Positions 28,301 to 39,090 of a stretch of 64,000 nucleotides of DNA are shown piece by piece. How positions within the stretch are numbered: the stretch's first letter is position 1; every line of letters starts with the position of its first letter. Origin of the DNA: Tubiluchus corallicola (lineage: Eukaryota > Animalia > Priapulida); assembly GCA_030141605.1 (NCBI GenBank), contig JAQGDQ010000767.1, positions 35,566-99,565 on the forward strand, in the 5' to 3' direction. Below the pieces are notes generated by a model. That model was given only the letters and a program-made list of their open reading frames with translations, searched no databases and was not told where the DNA came from. Made by a program: the position numbers and the translations under genes.

Positions 28301-31300
28301 ACTAACGTATTATGGGGGATGGTTCCCGATACTAACGTATTATGGGGGACGGTACCCGATAGTAACATATTGTGGGGGACGGTACCCGATACTAACGTAT
28401 TATGGGGGATGGTTCCCGATAGTAACGTATTATGGGAGACGGTACCCGATAGTAACGTATTATGGAGGATGGTACCCGATAGTAACGTATTATGGGGGAT
28501 GGTACCCGATAGTAACGTATTATGGGGGATGGTACCCGATAATAACGTATTATGGGGGATGGTACCCGATAGTAACGTATTATGGGGATGGTACCCGATA
28601 GTAACGTATTATGGGGGATGGTACCCGATAGTAACGTATTATGGGGGACGGTACCCGATAGTAACGTATTATGGGGGATGGTACCCGATAGTAACGTATT
28701 ATGGGGGATGGTACCCGATAGTAACGTATTATGGGGGATGGTACCCGATAGTAACGTATTATGGGGGATGGTACCCGATAGTAACGTATTATGGAGGACG
28801 GTACCCGATACTAATAGCATATCCAGAGTAGCATACTTGGGAATACCTGGAAGTGGCGTCCTCTCTCAGATGTCTTTTGAAACTGTCGACTGACGAAGCA
28901 TTGATGATTGATGACAGCCTCAATGCCCAAAGAAGTGAGATCTGATGTTGGTTCTTGCTTTTTGCACAAATAACTTTAACTCATGACCAAGAAGAACTCT
29001 GTGAGGTCTGGAAAAAGTCTATCTCTGTCAGAACAGTGTTTCCACTAATTATTTTGAAGCAGTTCAACAAGGTCAGAACAGTGTTTCCACTAATTATTTT
29101 GAAGCAGTTCAACAAGGTCAGAACAGTGTTTCCACTAATTATTTTGAAGCAGTTCAACAAAGTCAGAACAGTGTTTCCACTAATTATTTTGAAGCAATTC
29201 AACAACGTCTACAGTCTCACGCGTCTGCTGAAGTGAAATCCAATTGCTTGATCATGCCAATACAACGGTTTGCTTTTGCAATGATGTGGTCACATGGGAA
29301 TTCCATTTGAAGTCATTGGAAATCATTACTTCCAAGTCTGTGATACATATTTCTTCAGCCATTTGAACATTATTTAGAACACAGACTGTTGTTAGCATCC
29401 TGCTCGGAAGACAATGGAGTGTGTGCCAAGAGAGTCAGTTGTTGATCACATTGATGGAGCTGCAGCGTCGACTGTGGCTGAGCAGTCTGATCCTTGAACG
29501 GCAGTTAGACAGCCGTAATTGCTGCCTTCCGTGTTGTTTCTGCCACTGAAACTGTGACACTGGAGTGGCCTCACGCCTGGGCAAGGTGTATGGAGATCCT
29601 GAGTTGCCCAGACAACAGGAACCCCCTCTCTTCCTCCCTGGTGTAGTCCAAAGGAAAGCTGAGCGATATGTTTGGCACCAGGTTGGCTGCAGGAGCTGCC
29701 GGAGTCAGTGAGCATGCTGCACTAGTCCGCCTTCGGGGTTCCACTCCTGATTTGGAAAGTTTACTCCTCAACACATGTCCGTTGGGTCACTTGACCTCCT
29801 CCGGCCTCTGGCCGTTGGCTGCTTGTGCAGCTCCTCCTCCACCTAGTGTCGAGATACAGTGTCCAGATCCGGCAGGCCTACAGCACCTGGTATTCCTAGG
29901 CGATCACCCATCCAAGTACTAACCAGGCTCCACGTTGCTTAACTTCGGTAATCAGAGAAGAATCGGCATTTTTAACGTGATTTGGTCGTAGAACACAGAC
30001 TACAAGGTACCTAACAAAATTGTGTTTGTTGCAACAAGCTACTACAAGTGCCATAGGCCTACTGTTTTCTTAAACATTCATAATTTTTACACTTTTCCAA
30101 TTTCTCTATATTTTTAGGATGGTTGCCATCCCTACTGAGTCCAATAAAAGAGAATCACACCACTGTGACAATTCCAATAGTGGAAATGATAAATCCGCTC
30201 ACTTTCTCCGTCTATCCGACTCCTCCAGATTATATCCGCGTTGGTGGATTCGGCTGGGATTTGATTTTTCACTGGCACAAGATACCTCTCCGGGAAAAAA
30301 TGCGCCGTGAAGGAAAAGGGGAAAGTTATCCCATTAGGTAGGCTTTCCCTCTTTCTTACAATTTGGCATCCCGGAACTGAACACTTCATAGTTAGAAAAG
30401 TTGCGAGCCAATCAAGATTTGAACTCGGAGCCTTGCAATTAAACTCTACCGCATAAGCTACTGGTTTAACATTACAGAGTATGTATGAAATCTCATGCTA
30501 GTAATACGCAGTCAATCAGCGCCACCTGTCCACAGTGTGGTGAAACTGATTTGACTTATCACACTTCATTATCTGAGTAATTGAGTAATGGGCGGCTAAT
30601 ATGAGCACGTTAACTTTGTTTTCGTTGCATGCAACTCTTCTAATTTTTTAAGTTCTTTTCCTTTAATCGCTATTTATTTCATTGCACGCGGTTTTTGTTT
30701 TTTCACCACGTGTTTTTCATTTTGAAATTGCGATTTTTTATTACTAGCGGCATGTGTTTATATGGAACTGTTTTTTTTTCTTTATTTTGTCAAGCAATAA
30801 TGGTGGTTATGTTTGGCATGCAGTTCAATTTCCGTATTTTTGCTTGCATACGTTATGCATTTTTATAACTTGACAAGACAGGTGTTATAATTTTCTGCAT
30901 TCATCTTGCATATTCTGGGACGCATGTTGGGTTGCATTGCAGTATAGGCTGCATCTGAATGAAGCTTATGCGTGCAGGTAAGTTGAAGCTGAAGAGAGAA
31001 AGAGTAATTTTTTCCTAGCCAAAATTGTGACATTTTCCGGTGACTTTTTCCTGTGAGTTTATTACAGGTTGGCCCGCTCAAGGGCAAATGCATTTGACCT
31101 TTGCTTGACCGTTACTTGACACATTGAAATTTTTTGTCTTTTTCATTGTTCTTGTATTTTTAGATTTAGCAGCTAATGCATTTGACCTTTGTTTGACCTT
31201 TACTTGACACATTGACATTTTTTTGTCGTTTTCTTTGTTCTTGAATTTTTAGATTTAGCACTAAATGCATTTGACCTTTGTTTGACCTTAACTTGACATT

Positions 31301-34300
31301 GACATTTGTCGTTTTCTGTGTACTTGTACTTTTAGATTTAGCACTAAATGCATTTGACTTTTGTTTGACCTTTACTTGACACATTGACATTTCCTTTGTC
31401 ATCTTCTTTGTTCTTGTATTTTTAGATTTGCACAAATGATGCAAATTAATTTAGTTAAAGGAACTTATGACTAAGTCAATTACGCTTTTTCAGAAGTCCT
31501 ACCATGGCAGGCGGTCTGTTTGCAATAAACAAAAAATGGTTTGAAACTTTGGGAACTTATGATCCGGAGTACGATGTCTGGGGTGGCGAAAATTTGGAGT
31601 TGTCTTTTAAGGTAAGATAAACTGAGGTTGTGTTAAAGCGTTCACATCATTTAAGGTCTTAGAATACCTTACTTTTTATGATGAGTTAATGCAGTGTTCA
31701 CATTCACATTAAAAACAGTGTTTTCTCATGTTTGAGAGAGGAGACAACTTCAGACAGCCGTGCTAGCAATGCAGTGAATGTTAAATTATACACTGCATGT
31801 TATTAAAATGCTAATTCACCATCAATCAAAATTTGCTAAGCAAATCTCCTGTACTGCAGAAAGATGTTCACTCACCTGGTAAACCACGTAAGTATTGATT
31901 GTACGGTGATTGAATGGTTGTTGAGATGCATAACTATTTAAAAATGCACATTTTTTATACCGTTTGCCATTCTGCCTGCTCAGGTCCAACCCTTAAGAAC
32001 AGGATGCTGCTTAATGTAGGCATTCAGGGTAGTTATCATGTGAAGTTTTTCAAATGAAGTACTGAACACGTAGAACAAGTGGTATGCTGTGTGAAGCCAT
32101 CCAAAAGCAGTTCTTTGCAATCACCGGTCTAGATTTTTAGATTTAACAGCAAATGCATTCGACCTTTGTTTGACCTTTACTTGAGACCATTGACATTTCC
32201 TTTGTCGTCTTTTTTGTTCTTGTATTTTTAGATTTAACAGCAAATGCATTTGACCTTTGTTTGACCTTTACTTGACACCATTGACATTTCCTTTGTCGTC
32301 TTCTTTGTTCTTGTATTTTTAGATTTAACAGCAAATGCATTTGACCTTTGTTTGACCTTTACTTGACACCATTGACATTTCCTTTGTCGTCTTCTTTGTT
32401 CTTGTATTTTTAGATTTAACAGCAAATGCATTTGACCTTTGTTTGACCTTTACTTGACACCATTGACATTTCCTTTGTCGTTTTCTTTGTTCTTGTATTT
32501 TTAGAATTAACAGCAAATGCATTTGACCTTTGTTTGACCTTTACTTGACATCATTGACACTTCCTTTGTCGTTCTCTTTGTTCTTGTATTGCAGACGGTA
32601 ATTGAAAACATTAATTAACTAAAAATACCATTTTCAAATCTAAAGCTACAACTCTAGTCTCTTTTATTTTTGATGTTGCAGGTCTGGATGTGCGGCGGGT
32701 CATTGGTCACGGCTCCGTGCTCCCATGTGGGCCATATTTACCGTTCGAAGTCGCCTCACACTTGGCCAGAAGGCACAAACTACTTCCGTAACTTCGTACG
32801 ACTAGCCGAAGTGTGGCTGGACGAGTACAAGCAATATTTCTACGAGTATGTGCCGAGTCAGGTGAGATATTGTGTTGTAGTTTGTGGTTGGCTGCATCCT
32901 GGAAGTGGTGCTGACGAGACAAAAAATTACTCAGCAATTATTTGATTCTATTGTGTGAAAGTGTCATTTGGAAAACAGACTTCTTATGGAAAACAGACTA
33001 ACTTTTGAGTAAAATGTTGTCTTTTGTCTGGTGTCAATTTCAAAGATTTTCTGTAATAGGCAAGTTGTTCAGGCAAGCATACATGTAAAGCACAGATCCT
33101 ATGAAACATGTAGAGCCTTTCCATAACTTGCATTTTCTTACATTTGTTGTTTTAGCGTGTAGGAGTAACTGACGTGGCACAACCGTGCTTGCGTTGTTTT
33201 TGAGAATTGCTAATTAATTTACACCCTGTGCATCTGTGTGTGTGCTTAATTTTATTTGTAATAATCCATATAAGTTGGAATTGCCACAGTTTACAATAAA
33301 ATAAATAATTCCCAGTTTTTTTCCGGCAAAAATACATTTATCATCCCCAGGGTAAATGGACTACCTTCAAATGTCGTTATGACTGCGGCCTGAGCCCTTT
33401 ATAATGCTAACCTTGCTTAGAAACCCTCCACTTACATAAAACATTTAAGTCTTTCCAGCAGGTAAGTGAAATGCTGAGTAATATAACTTTGGATGAAAAG
33501 TGTTTTGGGACATAATTTAACATTTCCTTTTCTTTCCCTGATTTACGTGGCGTAGTGACGTCATGTAATGGTGCCGTCGTAACAATATTGTGGAAGATTT
33601 AAAATGAAAACAAACAAAAATTCCTTTGAATGCAAATACGATATGTGCATGAAATTGCTGTAAGATTGTAGTACAATTTTTTAAGGCGAATTTTTTGAAA
33701 CCTACTTCAGGTACCCCTTTTCTTGTCCTTTAATTTTCGTCAAAAGAAAGTGTCTATATATGTAGACAGTTTGTTTTGCCGAAAATCTGAGCGCTAAGCG
33801 AGGTTGGCATTATGAAGGTGGAGGGAGGGGGAGGGGGGGGAGTGTATGCGTTGTGCATTTTCTATTTAAAACAGACGGACTTTTTTCCACTGTTGCAGAT
33901 GAAATTTACTGAAAACTGTTTTTAGGTGAAAGAGATAAACTATGGTGATATTTCATCACGATTAGCCATACGCAAACGTTTGCAATGTAAGAACTTTGAC
34001 TGGTTTATGAATAACGTGTGGCCAGAAAAATTCCATCCTGGAAAATCTGTGTATTCCGGTTGGGTAAGTTCCGGTAGAGTTGCTTTTCAAAATTCAAGGT
34101 CTTTCGTATTTAAAATGATTTAACTCCAGATATGAGACAAATAAGTTGAAACATCTTTATTTTGCCAACCGGAACAGGAAGCCGTTTTTGCTATGAAAGC
34201 TGAAAAGGGCCACAGCTCTTTGTGTAACTAGGTTAATTTAATAACCATTTCTTACATACTATGCAAACTTCTGTAATTTTCAGAAGTTGTTTATAATGTA

Positions 34301-34898
34301 CCAGCGTTTTAATTTACCAACTAAACAATTAGTATTGTACAAGTAATTAAAGTCTTTAATTATGTCTTTACACATTACTTTCATATAAAATTATAGAAAA
34401 AATGGAGCCTATTATTTTTCCCATCTTGCTGTAGTTTTCTTTTTACATGTGTTTTCTTTCTGTGACTTTTTTACCTGTGACTTTTTTACTTCTGACATTC
34501 TTACCTGTCACTTTTTTCCTGTGACTTTTTTACCTGTGAAATTGGTAGTTGTCAAGTTGATTACTCGTATTAAAAATGGTTTTTATAAAAAGTTAAATAA
34601 TTTTACAGCTGAGAAATCACATTAATGATGGAAGTTCAGATGCCTGTTTAGACAGCTCTGATTCCCAGGCTTATCATGGAAAAGCCATGAGATTGTGGCC
34701 TTGTCATAATCAACGTGGCAATCAGGTAAGATGTTCACATGATTGTTCTTACTGATAAAATTGCTACTCCTAATAACAGTCATTTTGTATTATGTAATAA
34801 AAGTTCCATTTCAACAAGTTTTGGACACTAGAGTTTGTTATAATGAATTTTGGATATAGCGAACTATTTTTGATTCTTGTTTGTATTAAAAAATGAGA

Positions 34899-34962
<64 letters not shown>

Positions 34963-37900
34963 GGAGGGAGAGACAGCTGAAAATACAACTTGGCAGCAAA
35001 AGGAATGAGTTTTGGACGCTCAGTCTCTTGACAGAATTCAATTACCGGTTGTTTTGTCATTGACTACAAATGTGAATTGTGCACCAGCCTTTAGTTTATT
35101 TGAACAGTGTGAACGCTATTTCTACTGATGTATGTAATTTGTCTGGAGAAGATGACCTCAGTTTGCCTTTCCTTGCAGCTTTGGCATCTTACAAGAGACG
35201 GTGAATTGCGCAGGGAGGAGTCGTGCATGGACGCAGGACCAGAACACATCATGATGAATCAATGTCATGGTCTTCGCCACAATCAGTACTGGATTTACAA
35301 CAAATTGGTAAGTTTGACTCAACAAGGCTTACATTGTAGCCTGAGTAGCTGAAAATATGCGAGTAGATATGGTATTTATTTAATACCTGAAGTTAAGCAA
35401 CACCAAGCCTGATTAGTGAAGGAACTAATGATCGCCACATTCTGTCTGCGACACTGATTGTATCTTCTTAGGAGGATTTGTACATTTGTGTCTAAGATAT
35501 TTAATACCTGAAGTTAAGCAACACCAAGCCTGATTAGTGAAGGAATTGATGATCTAGGCGGCTCCTTGCTACGCTGATTTTGACTTCGTGGGAGGATTTG
35601 TACAAATGTGTCTGAGACATTTAATACCTGAAGTTAAGCAACAACAAGCCTGATTATTGAAGAATGGATGATCTAGGCGGTTCGGTTTGCTACACTGATT
35701 TTGGTTTCTTAGGAGGATTTGTACAAATGTGTCTGAGACATTTAATACTTGAAGTTAAGCAACACCAAACCTTAGTGAAGGAATGGATGATCGCCACATT
35801 CGATATTTGCTCTAGGCTGTTCTGTTTGCTACACTGATTTTGGCTTTCGTACCTGTTTGCAGCTTCTCATTCCTCTTAGGTCATGACCTTCGTACCTGTT
35901 TGCAGCTTCTCATTCCTCTTAGGTCATGACCTTCATACCTGTTTGCAGCTTCTCAATCCTCTTAGGTCATGACCTTCGTACCTGTTTGCAGTTTCTCAAT
36001 CCTCTTAGCTCATGACCTTCATACCTGTTTGCAGCTTCTCAATCCTCTTAGGTCATGACCTTCGTACCTGTTTGCAGCTTCTCAGTCCTCTTAAGTCATG
36101 ACCTTCGTACCTGTTTGCAGCTTCTCAATCCTTTTAGGTCATGACCTTCGTACCTGTTCGCAGCTTCTCAATCCTCTTAGGTCATGACCTTCATACCTGT
36201 TTGCAGCTTCTCATTCCTCTTAGGTCATGACCTTCGTACCTGTTTGCAGCTTCTCAATCCTCTTAGGTCATGACCTTCGTACCTGTTTGCAGCTTCTCAA
36301 TCCTCTTAGGTCATGACCTTCATACCTGTTTGCAGCTTCTCAGTCCTCTTAGGTCATGACCTTCATACCTGTTTGCGGTTTCTCAATCCTCTTAGGTCAT
36401 GACCTTCGTACCTGTTTGCGGTTTCTCAATCCTCTTAGGTCATGACCTTCGTACCTGTTTGCAGTTTCTCAATCCTCTTAGGTCATGATCTTCGTACCTG
36501 TTTGCAGTTTCTCAATCCTCTTAGGTCATGACCTTCGTACCTGTTTGCAGTTTCTCAATCCTCTTAGGTCATGACCTTCTTACCTGTTTGCAGTTTCTCA
36601 ATCTTCTTAGGTCATGACCTTCGTACCTGTTTGCAGTTTCTCAATCCTCTTAGGTCATGACCTTCGTACCTGATTGCAGCTTCTCAATCCTCTTAGGTCA
36701 TGAACTTCGTACCTGTTTGCAGCTTCTCAATCCTCTTAAGTCATGAGCTTCGTACCTGATTGCAGCTTCTCAATCCTCTTAGGTCATGACCTTCGTACCT
36801 GTTTGCAGCTTCTCAATCCTCTTAGGTCATGACCTTCGTACCTGTTTGCAGCTTCTCAATCCTCTTAAGTCATGACCTTTGTACCTGTTTGCAGCTTCTT
36901 AATCCTCTTAGGTCATGACCTTCGTACCTGTTTGCAGCTTCTCAATCCTCTTAGGTCATGACCTTCGTACCTGTTTGCAGCTTCTCAATCCTCTTAAGTC
37001 ATGATCTTCGTACCTGTTTGCAGCTTCTCAATCCTCTTAGGTCATGACCTTCGTATCTGTTTGCAGATTCTCAATCCTCTTAGGTCATGACCTTCGTACC
37101 TGTTTGCAGCTTCTCAATCCTCTTAGGTCATGACCTTCGTACCTGTTTGCAGCTTCTCAATCCTCTTAGGTCATGACCTTCGTACCTGTTTGCAGTTTCT
37201 CAATCCTCTTAGGTCATGACCTTCGTACCTGTTTGCAGCTTCTCAATCCTCTTAGGTCATGACCTTTGTACCTGTTTGCATCTTCTCAATCCTCTTAGGT
37301 CATGACCTTCGTACCTGTTTGCAGTTTCTCAATCCTCTTAGGTCATGACCTTCGTACCTGTTTGCAGTTTCTCAATCCTCTTAGGTCATGACCTTTGTAC
37401 CTGTTTGCAGTTTCTCAATCCTCTTAGGTCATGACCTTCGTACCTGTTTGCATCTTCTCAATCCTCTTAGGTCATGTCCTTCGTACCTGTTTGCAGCTTC
37501 TCAATCCTCTTAGGTCATGACCTTCGTACCTGTTTGCAGTTTCTCAAACCTCTTAGGTCATGACCTTCGTACCTGTTTGCAGCTTCTCAATCCTCTTAGG
37601 TCATGACCTTCATACCTGTTTGCAGCTTCTCAATCCTCTTAGGTCATGACCTTCACACCTGTTTGCAGCTTCTCAATCCTCTTAGGTCATGACCTTCACA
37701 CCTGTTTGCAGCTTCTCAGTGCTCTTAGGTCACGACCTTTGTACCTGTTTGCAGTTTCTCAATCCTCTTAGGTCACGACCTTCGTACCTGTTTGCGGCTT
37801 CTCAGTGCTGTTAGGTCATGACCTTCGTACCTGTTTGCAGCTTCTCAATCCTCTTAGGTCATGACCTTCGTACCTGTTTGCAGCTTCTCAATCCTCTTAG

Positions 37901-38832
37901 GTCATGACCTTCGTACCTGTTTGCAGCTTCTCAATCCTCGTAGGTCATGACCTTCGTACCTGTTTGCAGCTTCTCAATCCTCTTAGCTCATGACCTTCGT
38001 ACCTGTTTGCAGCTTCTCAATCCTCTTAGGTCATGACCTTCGTACCTGTTTGCAGCTTCTCAATCCTCTTAGGTCATGACCTTCGTGCCTGTTTGTAGCT
38101 TCTCAATCCTCTTAGGTCATGACCTTCGTACCTGTTTGCAGCTTCTCAATCCTCTTAAGTCATGATCTTCGTACCTGTTTGCAGCTTCTCAATCCTCTTA
38201 GGTCATGACCTTCGTACCTGTTTGCAGATTCTCAATCCTCTTAGGTCATGACCTTCGTACCTGTTTGCAGCTTCTCAATCCTCTTAGGTCATGACCTTCG
38301 TACCTGTTTGCAGCTTCTCAATCCTCTTAAGTCATGACCTTCGTACCTGTTTGCAGCTTCTCAATCCTCTTAAGTCATGACCTTCGTACCTGTTTGCAGC
38401 TTCTTAATCCTCTTAGGTCATGACCTTCGTACCTGTTTGCAGCTTCTCAATCCTCTTAGGTCATGACCTTCGTACCTGTTTGCAGTTTCTCAATCCTCTT
38501 AGGTCATGACCTTCATACCTGTTTGCAGCTTCTCAATCCTCTTAGGTCATGACCTTCACACCTGTTTGCAGCTTCTCAATCCTCTTAGCTCATGACCTTC
38601 GTACCTGTTTGCAGCTTCTCAATCCTCTTAGCTCATGACCTTCGTACCTGTTTGCAGTTAATTTACCATTTTATGCTTTCAGACTCTTGCGCTGTACCAC
38701 CCAGAAAGTAACAAGTGTCTGGAAGTGAAGCCAGATCGGAGGAACCTCCTGATGGCAGAATGCTCTGCGATGCCTCAGCAACAATGGCAGGTTGAAGCCA
38801 GCGGATGGAGAAATAATCCGTTAAATAATTAA
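22340..38832 (+). CDS. GALNT: Polypeptide N-acetylgalactosaminyltransferase (GT27 plus ricin-type lectin), about 651 or 648 aa. Exons 22340-22728, 24041-24214, 24744-24910, 26044-26208, [27027-27255 or 30118-30337], 31494-31611, 32682-32861, 33926-34063, 34609-34725, 35179-35307, 38683-38832
   Basis: N-terminal TM plus stem; GPGDMGKP; [13 protein letters not shown]...LLRTVHSV...EIILVDDFS; REGLIRARL; DxH motif LDSHCEC; [11 protein letters not shown]; [17 protein letters not shown]; CSHVGHIYR; [10 protein letters not shown]; three lectin repeats (CLD..NQLW, CMD..NQYW, CLE..QQW). All junctions are GT-AG and phase-consistent. Exact orthologue not assignable by eye. Confidence 0.95.
22790..23140. 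repeat. Degenerate ~90-bp tandem repeat x4
   Basis: ttaacattttactgct..aagtg...gagtgtgga recurs. Confidence 0.65.
23417..23678. mobile_element. Tc1/mariner-type MITE hosting the nested hAT MITE
   Basis: TA|caggctgttccaaaa ... ttttggaacaacctg|TA. Confidence 0.7.
23460..23583. mobile_element. hAT-type MITE, 124-bp internally deleted copy of the same family
   Basis: Same TIRs as 4375-4882; perfect 8-bp TSD GCTATAAG. Confidence 0.88.
26589..26950. mobile_element. Tigger-like transposon end (partial)
   Basis: TA|cagtgttccctcacttat...ccgcgataagtgaatttccgcgat; matching right TIR not found. Confidence 0.45.
27027..27255 (+). CDS. GALNT: GALNT coding exon 5a (alternative catalytic-domain exon)
   Basis: ctgcag|...|gtacgc, 229 nt, phase 1 to 2. 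Encodes [77 protein letters not shown]. Confidence 0.9.
27741..27911. mobile_element. Short palindromic MITE remnant
   Basis: Imperfect TIRs ggtttacgctagtgagttttc / gaaaactgtctagtctaaacg. Confidence 0.45.
28082..28813. repeat. 30-bp minisatellite (gtacccgatagtaacgtattatgggggatg, ~24 copies)
   Basis: Direct periodicity; lies between GALNT exons 5a and 5b. Confidence 0.95.
29027..29205. repeat. 45-bp tandem repeat x4
   Basis: gtcagaacagtgtttccactaattattttgaagcagttcaacaag. Confidence 0.95.
29440..29873 (-). mobile_element. GC-rich body following the 5S head (possible retroposon 5'UTR-derived SINE body)
   Basis: Abrupt GC-rich block contiguous with the 5S 3' end. Motifs such as GGAGTAAAC...GGAGTGGAACCCCGAAGGCGG and CTCCATACACCTTGCCCAGGC resemble, from memory and unverified, RTE-clade 5'UTRs. 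Confidence 0.45.
29874..29993 (-). pseudogene. 5S rRNA-derived sequence (120 nt), probably the head of a SINE3-type element rather than a functional 5S gene
   Basis: Reverse complement reads TTCTACGACCAAATCACG...CCGAAGTTAAGCAACGTGGAGCCTGGTTAGTACTTGGATGGGTGATCGCCTAGGAATACCAGGTGCTGTAGGCCT. Single copy, several substitutions, no oligo-T terminator. Confidence 0.85.
30118..30337 (+). CDS. GALNT: GALNT coding exon 5b (duplicate alternative catalytic-domain exon)
   Basis: ttttag|...|gtaggc, 220 nt, phase 1 to 2. Encodes [74 protein letters not shown]. Confidence 0.9.
31085..31428. repeat. ~90-bp tandem repeat, upstream block (4 copies)
   Basis: aaatgcatttgacctttgtttgacctttacttgacac...ttcttgtatttttagattta. 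Confidence 0.9.
32130..32590. repeat. 91-bp tandem repeat, downstream block of the same family (5 copies)
   Basis: Same unit as 31085-31428, on the other side of GALNT exon 31494-31611. Confidence 0.92.
34894..34975. repeat. (GA)n microsatellite
   Basis: Direct reading. Confidence 0.95.
35380..35850 (+). repeat. ~120-bp tandem repeat x4 containing a 5S internal-control-region-like segment
   Basis: ctgaagttaagcaacaccaagcctgattagtgaaggaatggatgatcgcc compared with the 5S copy in this window, ccgaagttaagcaacgtggagcctggttagtacttggatgggtgatcgcc. Confidence 0.8.
35846..38657. repeat. 43-bp minisatellite (cttcgtacctgtttgcagcttctcaatcctcttaggtcatgac, ~65 copies)
   Basis: Very homogeneous array filling the last GALNT intron. 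Confidence 0.97.
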
Positions 38833-39090
38833 TTGAATAGTTAATTAAACAATGTAGGTAATCACTAAATAGTAACTGTAAGTAGCAAGTAAGAGATATA
38901 CAGAAGGAAGCCATTGATAAGTTTTTTGTGAAGATATTTAAACTGACCACGTGATCTCTACTATAGTTTTCATAACAGAGAATTTGTTTACCAAAGCCAG
39001 CCCTGGATTAACCTTTAAGCAAAACAAGCACATGCTTAGGGCTTCAGGAGAAGAGTTTTTCAATTCGAATAATTTTCCAAAAGTAAAATA

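Noticed and set aside
28042-28893. [10 protein letters not shown] / [10 protein letters not shown] repeat ORFs resembling structural proteins
   Set aside because: 30-bp minisatellite inside a GALNT intron; a 1-bp indel switches frames mid-array; no signal peptide or exon boundaries.
29874-29993. Functional 5S rRNA gene
   Set aside because: Solitary, substituted, and lacks the oligo-T terminator; treated as a pseudogene or SINE head.
35846-38657. CRISPR-like regular array (also considered for the 26-, 41- and 60-bp arrays)
   Set aside because: Units are contiguous with no unique spacers, there are no cas genes, and the context is eukaryotic.
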